From contig JBFWOS010000001.1 in assembly GCA_050250375.1 (NCBI GenBank), forward strand, positions 27,346 to 91,345: a stretch of 64,000 nucleotides of DNA. The letters are read 5' to 3'. The notes below the pieces were generated by a model. The model had not been told where the DNA came from. It ran no database searches and saw nothing but the letters and a program-made list of their open reading frames with translations. Numbering within the stretch: position 1 is the first letter of the stretch; each line of letters starts with the position of its first letter. The DNA is from Candidatus Omnitrophota bacterium. GTDB lineage: Bacteria > Omnitrophota > Gorgyraeia > Zapsychrales > Zapsychraceae. Shown here piece by piece: positions 47,537 to 56,819 of this stretch. The position numbers were made by a program, and so were the translations under genes.

Positions 47537-48316
47537 CTATTTTTTCCGCAAATTTTCATACAGAACCTTTCCTTCACGGTCAAAGATCGTGTCGCTGAGG
47601 ATCGCATTGTTTTCATAGACCACTTCGGCCATGAGATACCCGTCAGGATGGTAGATCCTGTTCGGTCCGTCCGGGAGGCCTTCCCGGGATGATATCGTCT
47701 CCATGAGCCGGCCGTCTTTATAATAATATGTGAGGGTCCCGGTCACGGGCTGGCCGGATTCATCAACCAGCCGGTTGTTTTTATAATGCATGACATGCGA
47801 CAGTTCCCCATCCGGGAAATACTCTTTGTAATCACCATCAAGCTGATAATTACGCGACGATCCGGAGGTCTTGATCACCCCGTTGGGATAATAAAGCGTA
47901 AACACGGACTCATTGCCGCCGATCGCCTGCGACAGGAAGGCGACTTTCCCGTCAGGATAATAACGGATGTGCCTGATTTGCTGGCGCTGGTTATATTTGA
48001 TTTCCTGCATCACTTCCCCGTTTTTGAAGTAATTACGCGCCACTGCTGTGCCGTCGTTTTCCTGGGTCATATCTGAAAGAAGATTACCGGAGTCGTCATT
48101 CACCCGGGAGTATGAAGCGGGGACGGCGGCATAGAGCAAAGGAGAAAAACTGGTTATCAATAAAGAAAGAAGGAAGATAAAAGAAGGAAGAAATTTATTG
48201 CCCGTTGGGCTATTGGGTTTATGGGTAGATGGGTATATGTGTTTATGGGGGGTTATGACTGTTGGGCGGATAAAGTCACATGTCACATGTGACTTGTGTC
48301 CTGTGACGTGTGACAT
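47537..48316 (-). CDS. MORN-variant repeat (YwqK-like) exported protein
   Basis: Repeated YYPDG/YYPNG/YFPDG/YYKDG units; signal peptide encoded within repeat B2; in frame with the upstream RhuM remnant. Confidence 0.75.
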   Translation of the reverse strand: MSHVTGHKSHVTCDFIRPTVITPHKHIYPSTHKPNSPTGNKFLPSFIFLLSLLITSFSPLLYAAVPASYSRVNDDSGNLLSDMTQENDGTAVARNYFKNGEVMQEIKYNQRQQIRHIRYYPDGKVAFLSQAIGGNESVFTLYYPNGVIKTSGSSRNYQLDGDYKEYFPDGELSHVMHYKNNRLVDESGQPVTGTLTYYYKDGRLMETISSREGLPDGPNRIYHPDGYLMAEVVYENNAILSDTIFDREGKVLYENLRKK

Positions 48317-48317
48317 T
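48159..48317. repeat. Repeat B2
   Basis: Direct copy of B1, lacking 14 bp of the heptamer tract. Confidence 0.9.
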
Positions 48318-49111
48318 ATCCATTCCTTCATCTTCATGAGCCTGCCGTTGGTGGCCTGCAGTTCGGCAAAATCCAGATACAGTGAAACGATAAGATTGAG
48401 CTGTTTTAATTCCGGTTCGGACAAATAGTTCTTGGCGATGACGGCATCCTGCGCGGTAACATAATTATTTTTTAAGCTGGTCAGCCCCATTAGAGGCTTA
48501 CGGCTGTCCGCGCGTTTCTCGATGATCTCGGCCGCGGTGTGGCCGTGAACGGCATAATGCATCTTATTTTGCACAGTGGCGAAGAATTCCTGGGTCAGTT
48601 TGTCGTTAACCTTGTAATCAATGCTGGTGGCGTAAATATCGGTCACTTTCTGGTAAAAATTGCGCTCACTGCTGCGGATGTCACGGATACGTTGTAGAAG
48701 TTCTTCAAAATAACGCGCCCGGCCTCCGCCTGCCTTAAGCCGTTCATCATCCAGCGTAAAGCCTTTAACGATATATTCCCTGAGCCGTTGGGTGGCCCAA
48801 ATGCGAAATTGCGTGCCCTGCAATGATTTCACACGGTACCCGACAGAGATAATGACATCCAGATTGTAATAATTGGTCGGTTTGGTAGAAAATTCGGAAT
48901 TTCCGAATTTTCTCATCGTTAGTTCCTCAGATAATTCTTTCTCTTGGTAGATATTCTGAATATGTTCATTAATCGTAGATTTTGATTTATCAAAGAGTTC
49001 CGCCATCTGGTCTTGAGACAACCAGACTGTTTCATCTTCAATCTTAACCCGTAGTTTTGTCTGCCCATCGTCAGTTTTGTAAATAATAATCTGCGGTTCC
49101 GGTTTTTTCAT
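48317..49111 (-). pseudogene. RhuM-family gene, 3'-truncated and fused in frame to repeat B2 and the MORN gene
   Basis: ETVWLSQDQMAELF, YNLDVIISVGYRVKS..GTQFR.WAT, RIRDIRSSER, AKNYL; similarity ends at MKMKEWI. Confidence 0.82.
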
Positions 49112-49177
49112 TTATCTTCCTCCAATTTTCCTAAATTTTCTTTTCCTGCGTTTATGTTTGCATTGATTGAATGCTTC

Positions 49178-49202
49178 TACCCGGCGCATGGATTGTTTAG
49201 GT
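49178..49202. repeat. 25-bp direct repeat
   Basis: TACCCGGCGCATGGATTGTTTAGGT, also at 49806-49830. Confidence 0.85.
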
Positions 49203-49364
49203 TAATTGGGTATACCGTTTAAGGTTTAAGGCGTAACGTTTAAGGTTAAAAAGGTTATTATATCAATTCTTGAAAGATTTGGTCCTTGATTTCTTTCGTA
49301 TATCCTATCCGTTTACTTAGGCGTTGACAACATATGTATGTATATACTTTAATTAAACATTTAA

Positions 49365-49423
49365 GGATCGGGGCATCCCGGTCGGATGTTAAAGGCGGTC
49401 ACTGCCAGTGCGGGGGCCGCCTA
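49365..49423 (-). ncRNA. Putative DUF3800-associated structured RNA
   Basis: AGGCGGCC...GACCGCCT hairpin followed by CCGACCGGGATGCCCCGATCC, directly after the DUF3800 remnant. Confidence 0.45.
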
Positions 49424-49548
49424 CTTTTTTGGTAAAATAACCAGGCCGCTTCCTTGGTATTTCCCCCTCCCAAAACAAAAATCGGGTAATCCTTGTCCAC
49501 AATCAGCAAATTGTGATCCCCGGATTCATCTAAGAACATAATTTTCAT
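49421..49548 (-). pseudogene. Internally deleted DUF3800 gene
   Basis: MKIMFLDESGDHNLLIVDKDYPIFVLGG N-terminus joined to a GLVILPK-type C-terminus in another frame. Confidence 0.7.
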
Positions 49549-49559
49549 ACCGTAAATCC

Positions 49560-49736
49560 TTAATTAACTTCGTATCCAATGCATAAAGCAACCGGTTCTT
49601 TTTTGGGATCGCCGTTTTGGGCGATCAGGTAACAGGCGTACCGGGTTAACATAATATCATCGACTTGCCTTTGCCCCCCCTTACCTAGGACGATCATTTT
49701 GTTGACGTCAACAAAATGATCGGAGATGTTCTGCAT
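49560..49736 (-). pseudogene. DinD/BRO-family gene fragment
   Basis: [50 protein letters not shown]; contains a perfect 32-bp palindrome at 49691-49722. Confidence 0.8.
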
Positions 49737-50236
49737 GTCCGTCTCTTCCTTAATACAATGTTGTTTTTAATGCATTTTGGTCAGGGGGATTTTCTTCATT
49801 GATTTTACCCGGCGCATGGATTGTTTAGGTCAATAGGATATAGGGAACAGGCATCTCGGCCCGCAGCATTCGCTGCGAAGCGGCGAGACGGGCGCCTGTT
49901 CCGTACGAAATTGATATTGATATTAATTTTGTATTGTTTTTTGTTCGTTTTGATAAATTATTATACACAAAATTTTTCGCATTTCATCAGCAAAATGAGG
50001 GTTGGCACTATCCTTTCCGGGCTTTGTGCTATCTTTTTTCTACCTTTTGGGCGGATTGGGAGGATTTTAAGGGATCAGGGGTCAGGGATTAGGGATAATC
50101 TTGACCGTTGGGCTTATGCTGTTATTAGTTATTAGTGGTGAGTGATCTGTGATCAGTCGTTTGACCGTTGGGTTAATGCTGTTATCCAATCCAGGGATCT
50201 GATCACCCGTTTGCTGACCATCAATTACCCGAGTTG

Positions 50237-50632
50237 TTAGTCTGACTTATTTATCAATGACTTTAGGATTTGCGCAAACCCCTCTTTATCAAGATTTCCT
50301 GTAGCCAGTTTCATCATTCCATCGTACAATTTCTGATCCTGGTCAAGAATTTCAATGCCGTTTAATTCAAGAAATACCAGAGCAGCTGCCAGCCCTGTTC
50401 TTTTATTCCCATCGATAAAAGGCTGATTCTGGGAAATATGAAACGCATAGGCGGCAGCCTTCATGCTTAGATCGCCATGGAGGTAATCCCCCTGAAATGT
50501 TGCCTGCGGTTGTGACAACGCCGATTGAAGCATTTCCATATCTCTGAGTCCGGGTTTGCCGCCATATAAATCGAGTTGGTTTTGATGGATTTCAATGATT
50601 TCGGCGAGGGTCAGAAAAATAAATTCATTCAT
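50237..50632 (-). CDS. Doc/Fic-family (death-on-curing) toxin
   Basis: IH...YGG..GLRD..MLQSAL.QP; NQPFIDGNKRTG. Confidence 0.9.
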   Translation of the reverse strand: MNEFIFLTLAEIIEIHQNQLDLYGGKPGLRDMEMLQSALSQPQATFQGDYLHGDLSMKAAAYAFHISQNQPFIDGNKRTGLAAALVFLELNGIEILDQDQKLYDGMMKLATGNLDKEGFAQILKSLINKSD

Positions 50633-50639
50633 CGTTTGA

Positions 50640-50867
50640 TTATTTGGCCAATTTCTTTAATGTACCGGCATGGTTCTTATTGACTTTTGTCAGAGCAGTA
50701 CGAAAGGCCTTTTCTCTGGCCTTGTCCCGGACCGGAGAGATTATAATATTCGTCCCATCGGTTGACACTTCCAGCGGAGTATCTTTGTCAATCTTCAGGA
50801 TCTGTAAAATTGCCTTTTCAATGACTAGGGCCTGGCTGTTTCCGTGTTGGGTTAAAGTTTTGATCAT
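50640..50867 (-). CDS. AbrB/MazE-family antitoxin
   Basis: LTQHGNSQALVIEKAIL; GGAGG RBS; upstream TTGACA-16-TATACT at 50903-50930. Confidence 0.88.
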   Translation of the reverse strand: MIKTLTQHGNSQALVIEKAILQILKIDKDTPLEVSTDGTNIIISPVRDKAREKAFRTALTKVNKNHAGTLKKLAK

Positions 50868-51035
50868 TGGCCACCTCCAGAGTGTTAATACAACGTACTA
50901 ACAGTATATCACCAAAATATATGTTGTCAATGTACGGTGAGTTGTAAAATAGAAGAAAGATGAAAGATGAAAGAAAAGTTATAAAAGTTTAAGGTTTGAC
51001 GTTTAAGGTTAAGGAACTAACAAGACACAAGTGAC

Positions 51036-51134
51036 AAACAAATTCCATTGTTCAACATTCAATAACCAAACAGGATTATTTTTTGTTTGGATTTTGTTGT
51101 TTGTGATTTTTTTGTACCTTGTCTCTTGTTTCTT
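51036..51134. repeat. Repeat C1 (99 bp)
   Basis: Near-identical direct copy at 52361-52459. Confidence 0.92.
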
Positions 51135-51159
51135 TTAATTCTTCGAATGCAGGCATTTA

Positions 51160-51852
51160 TTAAGTCTTTTCTAATTCGTTTAATAGGCCGATATCTTCTG
51201 TTTGTCGCAAGGCATCAATTATCTTTTTCTGCCAATTAAAGGGTATCGTTTTATATGCTTTTTTAATACTGGATATCTGTTGATGGTTGATTAACGCCTT
51301 TAAAACAATCATCGCGGTCTCTTGATCTTTAATCGTTTTTTCTTTCTTAAGGCGTCTGGGAGCAATGATCAATTTATGCAATGCAAAATTAGCCGGATGC
51401 GGTAGTTTTATCGTCATCTGATCAATCTTCACTTGTATTATATTTTGCGTAAGCATCTCCAGAAATCGTAAGGCAGTCGCGTTGACTCCTAACGATGGTA
51501 ACGGGTACGGCTTTTCGCGGCCCCTTCCCCGTTCAGGAGTTAAGAATTCAAGAATCAATTCCGGATGGTCCAGTTTAATATATCCCTGAGCGCCTTTAAA
51601 CGTTGTAATAAACCCCAAATCTTTGAGTAATTCCGGAATATCCACCTTTACTTTTATGGATGCGGGATGATCAATCAAAAAATCGATATCCCGCGTAATC
51701 AACGTTATCTTTCTTAAATCATCCTGACCGGAAAAGTATTTTTCATAAAATACAACACACCAACTTCCGATCAGAATAAGTTCAGAAAGTATTTTCTGTT
51801 TATGAAAACGCTGCAATACATCAAGACACAGATCATATTGCTTCTTTTCCAC
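51160..51852 (-). CDS. Nucleotidyltransferase-fold protein (GSU2403-like)
   Basis: LIGSW, TRDIDF, EFLTP, P..FALHKL...R...K..KD. Confidence 0.8.
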   Translation of the reverse strand: MEKKQYDLCLDVLQRFHKQKILSELILIGSWCVVFYEKYFSGQDDLRKITLITRDIDFLIDHPASIKVKVDIPELLKDLGFITTFKGAQGYIKLDHPELILEFLTPERGRGREKPYPLPSLGVNATALRFLEMLTQNIIQVKIDQMTIKLPHPANFALHKLIIAPRRLKKEKTIKDQETAMIVLKALINHQQISSIKKAYKTIPFNWQKKIIDALRQTEDIGLLNELEKT

Positions 51853-52153
51853 GCAATGCTCCCTGAAGATATTTAATCTGTTTTTTCACTTGTGATAAAT
51901 GACTTCGGTATTTTGCCCGCAATTTCTTAGCATCGTCATACCTTTTGATTTCATCTTTTGGCAGTTTACCTTGATAGATGTGTTTTACTTTCTGACCGAT
52001 CCTTTTGACCAGATAATAATATTCGTTATTTTTGATGATCTTTTTGGATAAGCACCCTTCAGGCAGTTTCTTAAGGGCAGACTCATACTCTTTTTTCATA
52101 CGCAAAGAATTTTTCAACTCTTCCTTTAAAACCCCTTTTATAACACCTCTCAT
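51833..52153 (-). CDS. Small basic partner protein (putative antitoxin or DNA-binding protein)
   Basis: LP.G.L..K.IK...YYYL..R.G.KV...Y.G; CAGGAGG RBS; overlaps the NTase gene. Confidence 0.75.
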   Translation of the reverse strand: MRGVIKGVLKEELKNSLRMKKEYESALKKLPEGCLSKKIIKNNEYYYLVKRIGQKVKHIYQGKLPKDEIKRYDDAKKLRAKYRSHLSQVKKQIKYLQGALRGKEAI

Positions 52154-52165
52154 AACAGCCTCCTG

Positions 52166-52241
52166 GTTACCTAACAAACTATACTTAAATATAACTTGTT
52201 TGGTAACCCCTGTCAACTTTTTCATGGCAGTTACCTAACAA
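52166..52241 (-). promoter_or_regulatory. Promoter with repeated operator boxes
   Basis: TTGACA-17-TATATT (52188-52216); GTTACCTAACAA at 52166 and 52230 and an inverted variant within the spacer. Confidence 0.65.
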
Positions 52242-52360
52242 TAATATGAGATCAAATTGTTGTTGGGTATGTGTTTGGCATGGAGAAGATAGCTGGGAGA
52301 AGAAAGAAAAAAGAAGAAACATTAAAGAAGAAATAATAAAAGTTTAAGGTTATGGATTCT

Positions 52361-52459
52361 AAACAAATTCCATTCTTCAACATTCAAAAACCAAACAGGA
52401 TTATTTTTTGTTTGGATTTTGTTGTTTGTGATTTTTTTGTACCTTGTCTCTTGTTTCTT
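52361..52459. repeat. Repeat C2
   Basis: Direct copy of C1. Confidence 0.92.
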
Positions 52460-52519
52460 GTTACTTCTTAGATTTTCTTTCCTCTTTCTTCTTCCATCTT
52501 CCTTCTCATTAAGTTCTCA

Positions 52520-53080
52520 CTACTCCGTGTGGAATCCAATTTTCTTTTTTGGGTTTTCATCTTCTTTCATCAAACGACGGATAACTTCAAAAACCGCATG
52601 TATATCCTGATCGTGACCTTCTACCTTACTTTCCAGTTCTTTTAACTTTACTGCTAATTCTTTATGCAATGACAGCGTCTCGCGCAATTTAACGAATGTT
52701 CTCATTATTGCGACATTAACCGTTATTGCCCTGTCACTATTTAAAACTCCCGAAAGCATGGCAACCCCTTGTTCAGTAAAAGCATACGTCCGATATTTAA
52801 TATTCTTCCCTCTTTTCAAGATCGCAGATTGCGATCTTGGTTGATTTCTGTCTAATTCAGATGAGATTTCTTGTAATTTCAAAGATTCAGACTCATTCCA
52901 AGTCAATTGGAACATGAAATCATCAGGAAATCTTTTCTTATTGCGCTTAACCTGTTCATTCAATCGAAAGGTTGGAACGCCGTAAAGCGCTGCCAAATCA
53001 CGATCAAGCATGACTTTCTGACCTCGAATAAAAAATATTTTATTAGTAACAATTTCGGTGGAAATAATTTTTGAAGGCAT
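52520..53080 (-). CDS. ORF6N-domain DNA-binding protein
   Basis: Paralogue of 26207..26725; in-frame palindrome at 52817-52839. Confidence 0.92.
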   Translation of the reverse strand: MPSKIISTEIVTNKIFFIRGQKVMLDRDLAALYGVPTFRLNEQVKRNKKRFPDDFMFQLTWNESESLKLQEISSELDRNQPRSQSAILKRGKNIKYRTYAFTEQGVAMLSGVLNSDRAITVNVAIMRTFVKLRETLSLHKELAVKLKELESKVEGHDQDIHAVFEVIRRLMKEDENPKKKIGFHTE

Positions 53081-53169
53081 TTATTCTCCCTTTTTTATAC
53101 GGGGAGATCAAGCGGGGGATATTTTTGAATTATACTCCGCGGTTCGGGAAATGGCAAATGTGTCGCGAT

Positions 53170-53197
53170 GTACGGGCCGTTCGCGAACGGCCCCTAC
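53170..53197. repeat. REP-like palindrome
   Basis: GTACGGGCCGTTCGCGAACGGCCCCTAC; overlaps the stop codon of the methyltransferase gene. Confidence 0.8.
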
Positions 53198-54126
53198 GCA
53201 TTTTTCCTGAGGAAAAACGCCCCCAGGAAATTCTGCTCCGGGAAGGCGTCGATGAGGCGCTGGTTGCCGCAGAGATCCATGCCGGAGGGTTTGATCACGT
53301 CTTCTTCCAGTTTTTCCCGGTAGGCAAAGCGCAGGCCCTTGTCGAAGATGAGGACCTCACGGCCGTGGTCGTAATCGGTGGAGAACGCGGCGATGCCGCC
53401 GGGTTTGATCACCCGGCCGATCTCTTTCATCAGGGCGCGCCGGGCCGCGGAGGTGAGGTGTTCGATCACACATATAGAAAAGACCCGGTCGAAATGGTTG
53501 TCGGGAAACGGCAGGGGTTTTCCGCCTTCGAGGTCGTAGGCCTTGATGTCCCAGCCCATTTTTTCGCCGACGTAATTTGTATTAAAATTGATCCCGCAGT
53601 TGTTCCAGTCATTGTCGATGATGGACACTTTACAGCCCAGGCCGGCCAGGTAAAAATTAAACGCGGTTGAGGCCCCGCCGATATCAAGGACCGTCTCCCC
53701 CGGTTTCACCCCGGAATGACAGAAACACCACGCGTTTTCCCAGGCGTTTTTCTTTTCGGAATAGTCGGTGTACATGCGCGGGACAAACGAGGCGGCGGTG
53801 GCGGTGTATTTTAATCCTTTGGCGGTGAGCGTTTTCTTGACCGCCTCGATACCTTCGGTGATGTGTTTGATCCCGGGGAGATCAAGATCTTCATCCATCC
53901 ACAGCGCGCTGCGGTTGATGTGGTCTTTCGGATTGGGGACATTCCCTCCGACGGGTACGGTCCATTCCCCGGGTTGATCCGGAACAATCCCGGACGGGCC
54001 CAGGCGCCTGGCGCGGCGTTCGCACGCGCGCGTCTGATGCTGACGGCAGGCCTTGCGGAACCTTAAAAAACAATAATAAGTAAACGGAAGATACGGCGGG
54101 TATACATCCTTGCGGTCGTTTTTCAT
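53194..54126 (-). CDS. Class I SAM-dependent methyltransferase
   Basis: VLDIGG, LPFPDNHFDRVFSICVIEHL, RVIKPGG. Confidence 0.88.
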   Translation of the reverse strand: MKNDRKDVYPPYLPFTYYCFLRFRKACRQHQTRACERRARRLGPSGIVPDQPGEWTVPVGGNVPNPKDHINRSALWMDEDLDLPGIKHITEGIEAVKKTLTAKGLKYTATAASFVPRMYTDYSEKKNAWENAWCFCHSGVKPGETVLDIGGASTAFNFYLAGLGCKVSIIDNDWNNCGINFNTNYVGEKMGWDIKAYDLEGGKPLPFPDNHFDRVFSICVIEHLTSAARRALMKEIGRVIKPGGIAAFSTDYDHGREVLIFDKGLRFAYREKLEEDVIKPSGMDLCGNQRLIDAFPEQNFLGAFFLRKNA

Positions 54127-54141
54127 GGGCGCGTTTTTGTT

Positions 54142-55518
54142 TTATTTAAGGACCGCAAGCATGTCTTCGACCTTGACGAATTTTTCCCTCGGCTTGCCCG
54201 TCTTCTGGCCGTTGGCGATCTCGGCGGCGTCGATCTTTTTCCAGTCGGCGAAGCGCACGACCTTCACCCCTTTATTCTTGAGAAAGTTCAGCAGTTCCGA
54301 AGAGTTGGGGTTGACACACGGCGTGAGGCTGCCCGTGTCTTCCAGGATCTTCTGCACGGTCTCTTCGGAATCGGGTTTGTTGGTCCCGATGACTCCCGAA
54401 GGCCCGCGTTTGATCCAGCCCGCGCAGTACAATCCCTGAACGACCGCGCCTTTATCCGTGATGCGCCCGGCCGCGTTTTCAAACACGCCGTTTTTCTCAT
54501 CAAACGGTACCCCTTCAAGCGGGATGCCGCGGTAACCGACACTGCGAAAAAAGATGTCGCAGGGCTGTTCGATCTTTTTGCCTGTCCCACGGGCCTTTTG
54601 ATTACCGGCCTCGCCCGACAGGCTGTTTTTTTCCAGGATGACTTTTTCGATCCGGCCCGCGCCTTTTAATTCCACCGGGCTTTTCTGGAAGTGGCAGTAA
54701 AATTTTTTGGGTTTGTCACCCTGGCCGCGTTCGGAGAATCCTTTAAGGATCTCGAAATTCTTTTTCTTGGGCGCGTTGCCGGGATCGGCCAATTCCTGCT
54801 GGCTGATTTCACTGATATTCATGTCGGCCGGTTCCACCACCGGGTCACAATGCGTGAGTTCCCCGAACTCGCGGATTTCCACCGGCGTAAACGCCGACTG
54901 CGCCGGACCACGCCGTCCGATCATATGGATCTCTTCGATCTTACTTTTTTTGAGAGCCTCAAGCGCGTGCTCGGCGATGTCCGTGGTTTGTAATTCCTCA
55001 ACGGATTTGGCTAATATACGGCAGACGTCCATGGCCACGTTCCCCTGGCCGATGATGACGGCCCTTTTTCCGGAGAGGTCAAACACGCGGTCGCGGTATT
55101 CGGGGCGTCCGTTGTACCAGGCCACAAATTCAGTGGCGGTGTGGCTGCCTTCCAGGTCTTCCCCGGGAATGCCGAGCTTGCGGTCGGTCTCGGCCCCGCA
55201 GGTAAAGAGGATCGCGTCATAAAATTTTTTAAGGTCGGTGACGGAGATATCACGGCCCACCGTCACATTCAAAAAGAATTCCACATTCTCGCGTTCCGCG
55301 GTCTTCTCATACACCTTGATGACATTTTTGATCTTGGCATGATCGGGAGCAACCCCGTAACGGACCAGGCCGAAAGGCGCGGGCAGACGGTCAAAGAAAT
55401 CTATTTTTATTTTTTTATCGGATTTGGCGAGGGCTTCGGCCGCGTAAAACCCGCTGGGGCCGCTGCCGACGATGGCGACACGTAAAGGACGAGCTTCTGT
55501 ACCGAGATTAGAGGACAT
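54142..55518 (-). CDS. Ferredoxin-NADP+ reductase (adrenodoxin reductase/FprA type)
   Basis: [51 protein letters not shown]. Confidence 0.93.
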   Translation of the reverse strand: MSSNLGTEARPLRVAIVGSGPSGFYAAEALAKSDKKIKIDFFDRLPAPFGLVRYGVAPDHAKIKNVIKVYEKTAERENVEFFLNVTVGRDISVTDLKKFYDAILFTCGAETDRKLGIPGEDLEGSHTATEFVAWYNGRPEYRDRVFDLSGKRAVIIGQGNVAMDVCRILAKSVEELQTTDIAEHALEALKKSKIEEIHMIGRRGPAQSAFTPVEIREFGELTHCDPVVEPADMNISEISQQELADPGNAPKKKNFEILKGFSERGQGDKPKKFYCHFQKSPVELKGAGRIEKVILEKNSLSGEAGNQKARGTGKKIEQPCDIFFRSVGYRGIPLEGVPFDEKNGVFENAAGRITDKGAVVQGLYCAGWIKRGPSGVIGTNKPDSEETVQKILEDTGSLTPCVNPNSSELLNFLKNKGVKVVRFADWKKIDAAEIANGQKTGKPREKFVKVEDMLAVLK

Positions 55519-55679
55519 GCCTGCTCCTTTGATCAGATATGTTGGCCGGATTTTTATTACCGCTACTATATAATGGTACAAAATTCTTGTCAACATCCAT
55601 ATTTGGTAAAATCCTGCTTGACTTATACTAACGTTTTGATATTCTTATTCAAACAATAAAAATTTCTTGGAGCCCCTAA

Positions 55680-56816
55680 ATGCTGATTGGTGTACCAAAA
55701 GAAATCCATCCCGGTGAACACAGAACTCCCCTCATCCCTGCTTCCGTTGATCGTCTCGTTAAAAAAGGAATAGAAATCCAGGTCGAATCCGGCCTCGGTC
55801 TGTCGATCGGCCTGAAGGATGACGAATATACCAAGGCCGGCGCGAAGATCGCCGACCGCGAAACCGTTTTGACCACGTCTGATATGATCCTGCGTTTGCG
55901 TATCCCTCCCAAGGAAGAAATCGCGAGGCTTAAAAAGGGAAGTATCCATGTGAGTTTTCTGGATCCGTTTAATGAAGGTGTGCTGATTGACGAGTTTATC
56001 AAAAACAAGATCAGCGCGGTCAGTATGGAGATGATCCCGCGCACGACCTTCGCGCAGAAAATGGACGCGCTCAGTTCGCAGGCGAACCTGGCCGGTTACG
56101 TGACGGTCATCCTCGCGGCGGAACGTTCCAAAAAAATATTTCCGATGATGAACACCCCGGCCGGGACGATTGCCCCTACCCGTGTCTTTGTCATCGGCGC
56201 CGGTGTGGCCGGACTGCAGGCGATCGCGACCGCCAAACGGTTGGGCGCGCGCGTGGAGGCCTTTGACACCCGCCCGGTCGTTGAAGAACAGGTGCAGTCT
56301 TTGGGCGCGAAATTTATCAAGATCGATTTGGGCGAGACCGGACAGACCAAGGACGGTTACGCCAAGGCTTTAACCGAAGAACAACTCAAGATCCAGCGCG
56401 ACGGCATGGCCAAGGTCTGCGCTTCTTCTGATATTGTGATTACAACGGCCCAGCTGTTCGGACGCAAGGCGCCGGTCATCCTCACCAAAGAGATGGTCGC
56501 GCAGATGAAACCGGGCAGTATCATTGTGGACATGGCGGTTGAGTCCGGCGGCAACGTGGAAGGTTCAAAACTTAATGAGGAAGTGGACGTCAACGGGGTC
56601 ACGATCATCGGCCTGGGGAATCTGCCGGCCAAGGTCGCGGTGCACGCGAGCCAGATGTATTCCTCCAACCTCTTTAACCTGGTGGACACGTTCTGGGACA
56701 AAGACGCCAAGACATTTAATCTTGATACGGCGCACGAGATCTTTAAGGGCTGCCTCATCACCCACAACGGTGAACTGGTCAGCGAGATGATTAAAAATTT
56801 CAGGAACAAAGGTTAA
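55680..56816 (+). CDS. pntA: NAD(P) transhydrogenase alpha subunit, part 1
   Basis: IGVPKE, AQKMDALSSQANLAGY, GAGVAGLQAIATAKRLGA, GGNVEGS. Confidence 0.95.
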   Translation: MLIGVPKEIHPGEHRTPLIPASVDRLVKKGIEIQVESGLGLSIGLKDDEYTKAGAKIADRETVLTTSDMILRLRIPPKEEIARLKKGSIHVSFLDPFNEGVLIDEFIKNKISAVSMEMIPRTTFAQKMDALSSQANLAGYVTVILAAERSKKIFPMMNTPAGTIAPTRVFVIGAGVAGLQAIATAKRLGARVEAFDTRPVVEEQVQSLGAKFIKIDLGETGQTKDGYAKALTEEQLKIQRDGMAKVCASSDIVITTAQLFGRKAPVILTKEMVAQMKPGSIIVDMAVESGGNVEGSKLNEEVDVNGVTIIGLGNLPAKVAVHASQMYSSNLFNLVDTFWDKDAKTFNLDTAHEIFKGCLITHNGELVSEMIKNFRNKG

Positions 56817-56819
56817 CCT

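Noticed and set aside
47537-49111. Genuine 524-aa RhuM-MORN fusion protein
   Set aside because: The junction falls exactly at the edge of duplicated repeat B2 and places a signal peptide internally. It is better explained as a truncated RhuM plus a separate MORN gene.
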